From Anthoceros angustus (Eukaryota; Plantae; Anthocerotophyta), in the NCBI GenBank assembly GCA_010909165.1, contig MU008174.1:186001-250000 (forward strand): a stretch of 64,000 nucleotides of DNA. The letters run 5' to 3'. The position numbers and the translations under genes were made by a program. A model generated the notes under the pieces. It was not told the origin of the DNA. It did no database searches and saw only the letters and a list, made by a program, of their open reading frames with translations. Positions 1 to 10,229 of the stretch are shown in pieces; position 1 is the first letter of the stretch, and each line of letters starts with the position of its first letter.

Positions 1-957
1 TGACTAATGTTCGGGACAACTTGAGTTTTCTACACTGCAATTCTGCCTGCTTTTCCGCATCTCATGCTGCCCTCCTCCAGGCTGCAAGATAGATAGAGTC
101 GATTTATTAGAGATTCCTCTCATCCTGAAGGTCTCGCAGCAACACTGCATCCAAATGTGCTGGACGTACCAGAAACAAGGAGTGCAAAGGGGTCGGATGG
201 TACATGCCCAAGTGTGCCACTCATGACGGGCTTAGGCAAATGTGGAGGTGGATTGAAAGAAGATTTGGACGACTGACCTCCACAGGTAAGGACTACAGTA
301 TCTATTTCCACCAAGGACACGTGATGTCAGTTATCGTGACTCAAACCAGAAGCCAACCGGGAACAGTCAGCTCTGCGTAAGCAGATAGATATACTATGAC
401 CGAAAGGGAGCTGCATTTGGAGTCAATTAATATATGGTTTTCACGGTAAAAAAACAATATGCGGTATCTACACACAGAATCGAAAGGTACATACTTTCAC
501 TAAAAAGAAAGGTACATATGTACATAGTGGTCACTACGCATGTGCAGTAGCTGATCGTGCAAAGGCCAAGGAATCACGGCTGAAGTCGCGATTCCCTGGA
601 AATCATGCACGTGAGGAGGTGTCAGACCACCAGCTACATATGTACCTGGCAACGCAATCCCTCTCACCAATCCTGAGCGGGAGCAGAAACTCTCTCAGTT
701 CGGTTTTGATAGACCCAAGTTACAATGTCAAAACCGAACTATAGGTTCCGGTTTTAACATTTTCAAGGAAGAAGCCGCAACGCTCTTCAATCGAGCTGCA
801 GCTTGCGAGAGTCTTTAACCTGCAAGGCAATGTGAAGATATCACCCACATGTGACCGGAAACCTCACAAGCTCTGATTGCAAACACCCGTCCTTGGAGGG
901 AGGGTTCTCCTGTCATACAAGTTGTTCCTTTCCACTAAGAAGCGGAACCACCGCCTA

Positions 958-1710
958 GAATAACACATCAAGTTAAGAATGGCACCTAGATGATGACGAT
1001 GACTATCTACACATAAGGGCTCAGAAGGAAGGCAGTATAGGTTCGTTCCTTCATGGAAAATTCAGCTGCATATGCAGAAACCTTCGTCATCACAGTCCAA
1101 TATAGTGGGCAACATCACAAATGCCTAAGGGGGACCTCAACTCACGGTAACACTTGTAGAACAAGACAAAAAACTGTATCTGCACGGAGTTCTCGTAACC
1201 TAGGTCGACTTACCTGTACTCTGCATGGATTGAAGCACCACCATCAAAACTTGCTGACTCTTGGCTCCGAAGAAGACAATATTAGTTCATCCCCTGGTTG
1301 AGAATAACACACCAACTTACGAATAGCACCTAGACGATGACGACGACTATCTACAGATAAGGACTCAGAAGGAAGGCAGTGTAGGTTCGTTCAGCCTTCA
1401 TGAGAAATTCAGCTGCATATGCAGGAACCGTCTTCATCACAGTCCAATACGGTGGCCACATGATACTGGATCACAAATGCCTGAGCGTCTCAAGGGGATG
1501 TCTCTAGAGGCTGATCAAACACAGAACCTCGGTTGCGTAAAAGAACTTGTAGGAACACAACCCGGACTCAGCACGAAGTTCAAGTACCCTCCAAGATGGG
1601 ATCAACTGGACCGCCAGCAGCGTCTTGGCTCAGAAGGAAGGCAGTATTAGTTCAAACGATCTTCATCAGAGGATCAGCTGCAGTTTGCAAGAACCTTCTT
1701 CATCATAGAC
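958..1710. repeat. Diverged direct repeat, ~343-bp period, two copies plus a partial third
   Basis: GAATAACAC..GCACCTAGA(T/C)GATGACGA(T/C)GACTATCTACA..CTCAGAAGGAAGGCAGT..TTCAGCTGCATATGCAG..CATCACAGTCCAATA occurs at ~958 and ~1301; partial copy (CTCAGAAGGAAGGCAGTA..CAGCTGCA..CTTCATCA) at ~1628-1705. Confidence 0.7.
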
Positions 1711-1965
1711 AAGGCTGGCTGCGAAAAAACACTCACGACCATCTACAACAAACAACGACCAAGGCCCACTTCTCCTGCTACAAAGCAACTGGAACGTAAC
1801 CCTAACAGCGGCAGTGGCAACTCAGTCAGTCAATGACGCAAAATTTGGGAGGCAGACCCGTGAGGCTTCAACCAAAACCCATTTCTCATAAAGAAACAAG
1901 ACCCCCAATGCATAGAAGCAAGACCCTTTCAGGCTTCAAGCCAGTACGTCGTATCTGTGTCATGA

Positions 1966-2457
1966 TCATGTCCTTGTGACCTGAATACTCAGCGGATTGA
2001 ACTTCAGCTCGGCACTGTAGGAAGGCAACTCCTCCATCAACTGGACCCATCTGTCCGCAGCTTTAGTGATACTGTCCGCAGCTCCAGAGATGCTTTCCGC
2101 CATGCTGCGTACACTGTCGGCAGCTGTAATGATGGATGGAACAGCTGTAATCACGGCCGGTATTTTGCTGGTAATGCTACCCAAAGCACCAACGATCGGT
2201 TTTATGTTGGTGATGCTATCCGCAGCAGAAACAGTCGATTTCATACTGGTCATGCTACCCGCAACAGCAAAGATAGGCGGCTGCATCTGGATCACACTCC
2301 TTTCCCATAGCCATATGCCTCTTTGCAATCGCCATATGGCTGCACCAACGAAGATGCCGACGACAACACTCACTATCCCGTCGAGGAATGCCCTAGCACG
2401 AACTCCGGTCTGTCTTCCCCTAGGTCGACCCCCGCCTCCTCGACCCGCAGGTCGCAC
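1966..2457 (-). CDS. Putative membrane-anchored protein (or exon) with degenerate heptad repeats; start uncertain
   Basis: ORF with hydrophobic segment FLDGIVSVVVGIFVGAAIW followed by ~10 degenerate 7-aa repeats (xAADSIT). No ATG in frame; possible acceptor (CACAG) near 2492 on the minus strand; TATAAA-like on the minus strand near 2690. No recognisable homolog. Confidence 0.3.
   Translation of the reverse strand: MRPAGRGGGGRPRGRQTGVRARAFLDGIVSVVVGIFVGAAIWRLQRGIWLWERSVIQMQPPIFAVAGSMTSMKSTVSAADSITNIKPIVGALGSITSKIPAVITAVPSIITAADSVRSMAESISGAADSITKAADRWVQLMEELPSYSAELKFNPLSIQVTRT
2066..2268. repeat. Degenerate 21-bp tandem repeat (about 10 units)
   Basis: Units such as GTGATACTGTCCGCAGCTCCA / GTGATGCTATCCGCAGCAGAA / GTCATGCTACCCGCAACAGCA; both strands are open through the array. 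Confidence 0.55.
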
Positions 2458-2879
2458 ACCCCACGCGCTGTATTCATTTTGGGTAAATTTCCCTGTGGTT
2501 CAATAAGAGCCCAAGCGATTGAATCTCCACCGCGTCATAGCCACTCAACTCCTTTCCCGAGTCTGGAAGATTGGAGAACCATCTCTACGAACGACTTGGA
2601 CGTGACCTCACAAAACTAGGAGCAGCAGCTTTGACGGGCATGGGCAAGGAGGAGGGCGCCTACAACGGAGCAAGCCGAAAAACGTCCTTTATAGTGATAT
2701 CAGCTGAGTTTTAAATGTTATCAAGGCTCACCACTTGTTAAATCCTAAACCCTAGGGCTGAGAAAAAAACCTTTTGTAGCACTGCGATCTATCTCCTGCT
2801 CTGCTTCGAGACTCATAAATGTGAACCTAATTCACAGCAATCCGCCCTTCAGCGATTCACATATCCAGCCTTCACAAAA

Positions 2880-4160
2880 CGTACAGGTGCCCAGAGGACA
2901 ACAGGATAAATTGAACTTAGTCGGTAGCAAGTAGCATGTTAGGGATCAGTACTCCTGAAAAACCCTCAATGCATCCCGCAGGTCCTGAAGCTCAAAAATG
3001 AACTTCTTGGAAACCTGACAGATTTGGTTGTTGCTTCTGGATCACCACCAGATGTTTTACAGCTGGTCACTTGCCACTAGATTTTCATGGAGCATTGAGA
3101 AAGACTCAACAGGCAACGAACTTTCTTAGCCACCTCGAAGCACAGCAAAGTTTTGTCTGGGTCCAGGGAAGTATCAGTTGCTCTACCGGCAAAAGCCAGG
3201 TCCACTTATTGCTTTGCCTCCACAATGCAAGCAGTAGTCAACTGTGCTGCAGGAGGAACACACGTATCATTTCAAAATATGCATTTCAGGGCGTGCCTCA
3301 CTGTGATAGTACTCACAGAACCTAACCCGGGAGGAACACCAAAGTAATCCTGCATCCACTTGCAGTTTTTACTGGGCTTGCTGGCAAAGGATGTTACTCG
3401 TCTAATTTGCTTCCCTCGATCCGATTCCCTGGAGGGTGATGTCCCTTGAATCCTTGATTGAAACTGCTGTCGTCTGATGCCGTCTTCAGTTCTCGTGGCC
3501 TGAACAAAGTTGCGGAACCTCAAAAGCCTGATCAGACTCGGCTTCAGCAAACTCCTGGACCAGTTTTAGCCTCTTCGACCTCCTCAGCAACTGGTGAAAT
3601 TTTCAGTTGGCTTTCAAGCCAGAATCACCACCCACTTGGAAACGACGAATTCTGAAAGCAGTCGTCACCCCTTGCTGAGGAGACAAATTGATGTTCTGCG
3701 TGGGAGCCAGATATGCAGAAGCACTTGTTCTCCTCTCCACACCGGTTTTCTCCCGGCCAGGCACGTGGGAGTCCCCTACCTTGTTTTCCAGTCCACCTTC
3801 ACTCTCAGATGCATGCGCGATTAGCCTCCTCTACATGTATTTCGTGCAATACCTTCACAGGCTTCCCGGCAATATAACAAAGGCTTCCAGCTGTGCATGA
3901 GCTCCCCTTGTGTCATAGTACACTCTTCTTCCCTTCGCTGAGCTTTCCAGCAGCTCTTATGCGTTCCTGACACAATATGTGCGGTCCTCACCTACATCTC
4001 GTAAGTCATTCAGAAGCCAATCAGCCTTTTTTACAGCCCACTCAACCAAGATGCTTTGGGGATCTCCTGTTGCAATTCTGCTCGGCCTGTGCTGGAGAGA
4101 GGCTCCGCACACCATCTGTCTTGTAAGAGAGCCTCAGCTTTTCTCAAGGCTGCATTTGGT
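2880..4160 (-). pseudogene. Possible decayed coding fragments; the 3774-4160 part is co-amplified in every tandem unit
   Basis: Stop-interrupted protein-like frames (..AVKKADWLLNDLRDVGEDRTYCVRNA*ELLESSAKGRRVYYDTRGAHAQLEAFVILP.., ..SKKFIFELQDLRDALRVFQEY*), a donor AAG|GTAGGG near 3779 and an acceptor (CTCCTCAG) near 3674. No family recognised. Confidence 0.25.
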
Positions 4161-4465
4161 GCTTAGTTCCAGTTTAAAATTGTGGGAAGGAGATCTCGAG
4201 CGATCCTTTGGTGCACAATGCGCGAGAGAAAAAATCCATTGATAGAGCGGGGATCCCACCTGGCCAGCTGTGAGTACACGCACGCTGACACGGAACATAA
4301 ACGAAAGAGACGATTGCCACCTGAATGCATTCGCAGCTATTTATTACTTATAATGATAATGATGGAATGTTTACACAAATCATTAACCTTAGCATTAAAA
4401 ATAATGCAAGGATAAAATCAATTGAAATATACCTCCATCATAAAAAGAAGAAACTTCGCTAGTAT

Positions 4466-4751
4466 CTAGCAATGCGAATTCGGAGGAAATGGACAATGCT
4501 CGATGTAGTTCAATATAATGGGCGGTGCAATACCCGAGTCCTCCATCGCCTTGCACATGCAACTCACTCCAGCTGCCACAACAACGTTGCAACAATTCGA
4601 GGGGATGGCCACTTTCCATCGCTTCCCTCACATTGGGAATCTATGTATGCTTCATCGCATCTTGTCACAACTCTTGCTCTTGCTCCAAGGACCAGACAAG
4701 AGTCACCATCAAGAAAGTCAACTGTGTATCATGGACATCTTCAACATGCAT
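4466..4751 (-). CDS. nsLTP-like secreted 8-cysteine-motif protein, copy 1 (frameshifted as given)
   Basis: Aligns with the consensus MAVVKMSMIRLKLTFLMVTLVLVLGARARVVTSCDEAYIDSQCEEAMESGHPSPRNCCNVVVAAGVSCMCKAMEDSGIAPPIILNYIEHCPFPPNSHC; TATATAT at 4843-4849 upstream. Indels may be read errors. Confidence 0.7.
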
Positions 4752-5790
4752 GACAAGAATGGAGGAGAAATGGAAGATGATGAAATGAGAATGGCAGCTC
4801 AAAAGGAAATAGCTCAATGCTTTGTCTTTGGTAGGTGTCCACATATATACCTTTTGATTCACTCTTATCTCGATATCTCAAGTGTTAAAAATCAAGGAAA
4901 TGTTCACTAATGACATTAGAAATATCATATTAAACTTGTGTGAGAAGAGTTTTCAAGGTTCTTGCAATTACTTATTTAATGCAACTAAAAGATATTACTA
5001 TGCAAAATATATCCTAGTGAAGCCAAGCGAACATTAAGAAGTACTAGAGGTAGTACACGCTGGGCAATCTACCATGGCCATGACAAGAGGAACAGGACAA
5101 GTACAAGTCACTTATTGATCAAATGATCAAGCGCAAGTCGGGCCCTACCTTGTTTTCCACCACCTCCACTCGGATGCATGCGCGATTAGCCTCCTCTACA
5201 TGTATTTCGTGCGGTACCTTCACAGCTTCCGGCAATATAACAAAGGCTTCCACTGTATGAGCTCCCCTTATGTCATAGTACACTCTTCCATTCGTTGAGC
5301 TTTCCAGCTCTTATGCGTTCGACACAATATGTGCGGTCCTCACCTACATCTCGTAAGTCATTGTGGCCAATCACCTTTACAGCCCACTCAACCAAGATGC
5401 TTTGGGGATCTCCTGCACTCGTCACCGGAGAGAGGCTCCACACCATCCGTCTTGTAAGAGAGCCTCGCTTTTCTCAAATTTGCATTTGGTGCTTAGTTCA
5501 GTTTAAAATTGTGTGGGGAAGGAGATCTCGAGCGATCCTTTGGTGCACAATGCGCGAGAGAAAAAATCCATTGATAGAGCGGGGATCCCACCGCCGGTGT
5601 GAGTACACGCACGACACGGAACATAAACGAAAGAGACGATTGCCACACCAATGCATTCGCAGCTATTTATTACTTATAATGATAATGATGGAATGTTTAC
5701 ACAAATCATTAACCTTAGCATTAAAAATAATGCAAGGATAAAATCAATTGAAATATACCTCCATCATAAAAGAAGAAACTTAGCTAGTGT

Positions 5791-6068
5791 CTAGCAATGC
5801 AATTGGAGGAAATGGACAATGCTCGATGTAGTTCAATATAATGGGCGGTGCAATACCCGAGTCCTCCATCGCCTTGCACATGCAACTCACTCCGCCACAA
5901 CAACGTTGCAACAATTCCGAGGGGACGGATGGCCACTTTCCATCGCTTCCTCACATTGGGAATCTATGGCGTTCATCGCATCTTGTCACAACTCTTGCTC
6001 TTGCTCCAAGGACCAAAGACAAGAGTCACCATCAAGAAAGTCAACTTGGTATCATGGACATCTTCACA
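5791..6068 (-). pseudogene. nsLTP-like copy 2, separated from its ATG (56043) and promoter by the 50-kb nested insertion
   Basis: Left flank reads ..TGTGAAGATGTCCATG (codon 3 onward) on the minus strand; ATGGC(TG) lies at 56039-56043. Confidence 0.75.
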
Positions 6069-6465
6069 TGTTGTGGACTACGGACTTCACGGGGTTAGAC
6101 ATTAGGTAGGATTTTGTTTTTTGTGTGGGAGCGAAGGATAAAATGTGGCGAAAGGAGGAAATAAGCGGTTAGCACTCGACGGCACTCGAGTATACTCGAC
6201 TCGGGAGTGAGGAACGTGCCAGACCTCGATGGCGGCGGCGAGGGTAAGACCGGACCCACGTGACCGAGAGAAATACGCCAGTGGAAGGTAACTTAGAAGT
6301 TGGAGAGACTGACGGACGCCGTGGACACTCGAGTGGAGGACGGCATGCGGTCGACTAACCTGGCTGCAGGCCGTTATAGCGGTATTCACGCTGCGCTGCG
6401 CGGCGGGCGAGGGGCGTGAGCAGGCGGAGTAAGGCGGAGACGCGGCAACAGAGCGCGAGTAAGCC

Positions 6466-7689
6466 ATGCGAGACCTCGCCACGGCAGGAAGAGGCGCCCG
6501 CCACGGTTACTCCGGCGGGGTCGCGAAGAAGGTCATTTCAAGCACCGAGACACCGCGATCTCTTGCGCTCCGCAGTCCGGCTCTCTGGCGGTATCTCGTG
6601 GGACACTCGGACGTCTTCGTGCGCGGCTCACCGTTGAGGTCGGAGAAGCGAACGCGGCGAAGGAGGCTCAACGTGCCAGCAGTCTTGACAAGCGGCGACA
6701 GCAACCAAGGGAGAAGAAGGCGATGGCACCCAAAAAGCCAGCGGAAGTTTGGGAGCCATGGAACCTTGTGGAGCGCAACATTGTGACCCGGCGCTATCCG
6801 GACTTTGGGCTCGGCTCCGAGGCGGGGTGGTGCGAGTGGCATTTGGACGTGTTCCAAATGGTCCGACCTTGACAGTTCACTCAGGGAGTTTGCGGAAGAT
6901 CTGGCGGTCAACAAGGAGGTGCGGTCCAAGAACCTCGAGAGGACCCAAGGCGATGGACCTTGAGGTCGGGCGAGCAGCGAAGGCTCAACGTGCGGCCGGT
7001 CTTGACAAGCGGCGGCGGCAACCAAGGAGAAGGCGTGGCACCCAAAAACTCCAGCGGAAGTTTGGGAGCCATGGAACCTTGTGGGCGCAACATTGTGACC
7101 CGCGCTATCCGGACTTTGGGCTCGGCTCCGAGGCGGGGAATTGGTGCGGGAGTGGCATTTGGGCGTGTTCCAAATGGTGCGGACCAGATGTCACTCTGGT
7201 CGGGAGTTTGCGGAAGATCTTGTGGCGGTCAACAAGGAGGTGCGGTCAAGAACCTCGAGAGGACCCAAGGCGATGGACCTTGGAGGTCTGAAGGCGGCCT
7301 ACGCCCAAGGAGGAAGAGGGGAGTGGTGCCGAGCCTCAAGGCGAAGGGGAAAATAGGTCCGGCCCACAGCCGATGCTAAGGCACAGGGCGCGGACCACCA
7401 ACGGTTATTGATATCCGACTGTTGGACGGTCGAGTCGAGGCGGTGGCCGGATCATCGCTCCATCGGAACCTACTCACCAAGGTGGATCACCTTGGTGATA
7501 ATCTATTAGTGTTCACCGCAGCGTTGCGGCGGGGAAGAGGCGGGCGGGGAAGGATTATCTTCGCCCGGTTTGCAGAAGCTCAGCTCGGGAGGCGAAGCCC
7601 TCGCCATCGCATCCCCATGCACGATCCATGTATGGGGCATTTCAACTCCTCGGGAAGAGCAGGCGCTCGGGAAAGGGCTGGAGGCCCTC
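6466..7689 (+). CDS. Outer-LTR ORF, N-terminal conserved domain (frameshifted; ~320-bp internal duplication)
   Basis: Fragments MAPKKPAEVWEPWNLVERNIVTRRYPDFG, EPREDPRRWTLEV, TTNGY.ISDC.DGRVEAVAG, GRIIFARFAEAQLG..KPSP.HPH..MYGAFQLL; these are collinear with the inner LTR ORF domain. Confidence 0.55.
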
Positions 7690-8365
7690 TGTGGAGTGTG
7701 GATTCGTGTCCGAGGACGTGAGGTCCACATTCACCCCTCAATGTCGTTGTAGGCTTAGGATTCGCTCCCAAGGGAATGGTTTGTGCCAGGCGCTAACTTC
7801 TATCACTCGACCTTCACCTAAGTCAAGACTTGCACCTCCTCTTACCTATCTACTCAACCACTACTACCCCGACTTGTCCTACCACGGCTCTTATTCCACG
7901 ACCAAATCTCATTCCACGACCGCAAATCTCCACGACCGCGGGCTCTCACCGGTAGTTGCTTCGACCACCGAGGTGGGTCCACACCCAAACCCTAGCGACT
8001 TATTTCCGGCGCCGGCGCGGATCCACCGCAGGCGTCACGTGCGGATCCGGCTTTATTCACTCCACACTTCATGCACACACACACCGATTCCTAGGGGCTA
8101 AATTCCACAAATCCTCACGCTCCACACACACACAAAGGCGCCACACTCACACAACTTTACAAGGAACTGTTCCCCTTGACGCTTCCACCGGTGACACCGG
8201 TTTGGTTTCTTTTGGATTCACACAAATCTCCTTTGCTAGCCTCTCAATTAGTTCCCTTCTCAACCCCTCTCACACCTCGCGCATCGTGTTTAGTCACTCC
8301 TTCACCCAATCTTCTCCTCTCTCTCTCTCTCAACTCGCAGCTTCCAACCATCCACTCAACACTTC

Positions 8366-9920
8366 TCAATTGAACACAACTAGCGGGGACAAGTGTGAAG
8401 GAAAGAAGAACCCCGGCGTCACGGCGTTGAGCAAGCTCCGGACCCGCGCCAATCCCTTGGTTTCCTCCTCCTTTGTCGGCAAGATTGCTTTATCACCCCT
8501 CCTCCCAGTGCGGAGCAAGCTCTCGACCACCCCTAGGAGCTCGCCACCGCCTCTGTCAATCGGACGTCTCCAACCAGCCACAGGCGTGGGGATCTCAACG
8601 AGTGCTCGGCGTGAGGGACCTAATTCGCCCCTCTTATACATCGGTGGGGCACCCCCAGTTTTAGGTCCTAAGATGGCTATCGCGAAGAGCGCCCACAATT
8701 CGGGCGATCCTAGGTCGGTCGACATCCTAACCAAATTATCTTTAGGTTGCTACCACCTCGACCTCGCTATCTGCGCCCTACCTCGACTTGGCCGTCGGCC
8801 TCGTCCTCCATTGCGCCGAGCTCTCACCTTGCACGCTGGTCGGACGGGTTCTCCACACTACTTCCTCACCGCCCACACACACACAAAGGCGCCACACTCA
8901 CACAACTTTACAAGGGAACGCTGTTCCCCTTGCACGCTTCCACCAGACCGGTTTGGTTTCTTTTGGATTCACACAAATCTCCACCGCTAGCCTCAATTAG
9001 TTCCCTTCTCAACCCCTCTCACACCTCGCATCGCGCGTGTTTAGTCACTCCTTCACCCAATCTTCTCCCTCTCTCTCTCTCCTCAACTCGCCGAGCTTCC
9101 AACCATCCACTCAACACTTCTCTCAATTGAACACAACTAGCGGGGACAAGTGTGAAGGAAAGAAGAACCCCGGCGTCACGGCGTTGAGCAAGCTCCGGAC
9201 CCGCGCCAATCCCTTGGTTTCCTCCTCCTTTGTCGGCAAGATTGCTTTATCACCCCTCCTCCCAGTGCGGAGCAAGCTCTCGACCACCCCTAGGAGCTCG
9301 CCACCGCCTCTGTCAATCGGACGTCTCCAACCAGCCACAGGCGTGGGGATCTCAACGAGTGCTCGGCGTGAGGGACCTAATTCGCCCCTCTTATACATCG
9401 GTGGGGCACCCCCAGTTTTAGGTCCTAAGATGGCTATCGCGAAGAGCGCCCACAATTCGGGCGATCCTAGGTCGGTCGACATCCTAACCAAATTATCTTT
9501 AGGTTGCTACCACCTCGACCTCGCTATCTGCGCCCTACCTCGACTTGGCCGTCGGCCTCGTCCTCCATTGCGCCGAGCTCTCACCTTGCACGCTGGTCGG
9601 ACGGGTTCTCCACACTACTTCCTCACCGCCCACACACACACAAAGGCGCCACACTCACACAACTTTACAAGGGAACGCTGTTCCCCTTGCACGCTTCCAC
9701 CAGACCGGTTTGGTTTCTTTTGGATTCACACAAATCTCCACCGCTAGCCTCAATTAGTTCCCTTCTCAACCCCTCTCACACCTCGCATCGCGCGTGTTTA
9801 GTCACTCCTTCACCCAATCTTCTCCCTCTCTCTCTCTCCTCAACTCGCCGAGCTTCCAACCATCCACTCAACACTTCTCTCAATTGAACACAACTAGCGG
9901 GGACAAGTGTGAAGGAAAGA
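8366..9920. repeat. Exact 757-bp tandem duplication inside LTR-A
   Basis: ORF-track translations at 8366/9123 and 8747/9504 are identical with an offset of 757. Confidence 0.9.
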
Positions 9921-10229
9921 AGAACCCCGGCCGAAAGGCACGAGCAAGCTCCGACCCGCGCCAATCCCTTGGTTTCCTCCTCCTTTGTCGAAGATTGCTT
10001 TATCACCCCTCCTCCCCGGAGCAAGCTCTCGACCACCCCTAGGAGCCTCGCGACACCGCCTCTGGACGTCTCCAACCAGCCACAGGCGTGGGGATCTCAA
10101 CCAGAATTATCTCACGTGAGGGACCTAGTCGCCCCTCTTATACATCGGCCGGGCACCGCCCGGATTTTAGGTCCTAAGATGGCTATCGCGAAGAGCGCCC
10201 ACACCGGAGCGATCCTAGGTCCGCAGATC

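Larger units (their letters stand above)
3774..6068. repeat. ~1.35-kb tandem gene array, left arm (unit 1 = 3774-5142; unit 2 first part = 5143-6068)
   Basis: Unit starts CCCTACCTTGTTTTCCA at 3774 and 5143; the sequences align throughout. Confidence 0.92.

Noticed and set aside
108-290. Possible plus-strand exon (TTAG acceptor, CAG|GTAAG donor)
   Set aside because: The open frame ends in a stop before the donor and nothing recognisable is encoded; insufficient support.
2066-2506. Plus-strand 146-aa hydrophobic ORF as the real gene
   Set aside because: Non-ATG start; explained as the antisense of the 21-bp repeat. The strand cannot be settled without expression data.
4472-4910. Plus-strand ORFs in the tandem unit (MRIRRKW.., MQYPSPP.., MGGAIPE..)
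   Set aside because: Antisense shadows of the minus-strand 8CM gene, which has the TATA, signal peptide, cysteine motif and poly(A) signal.
8715-8750. GTCGACA|TCCTAACC as the LTR boundary (a ~1-kb LTR)
   Set aside because: The true PPT (12984) and the TSD-adjacent end (47967) lie ~2.8 kb further out, and the intervening sequence is present in all LTR copies.
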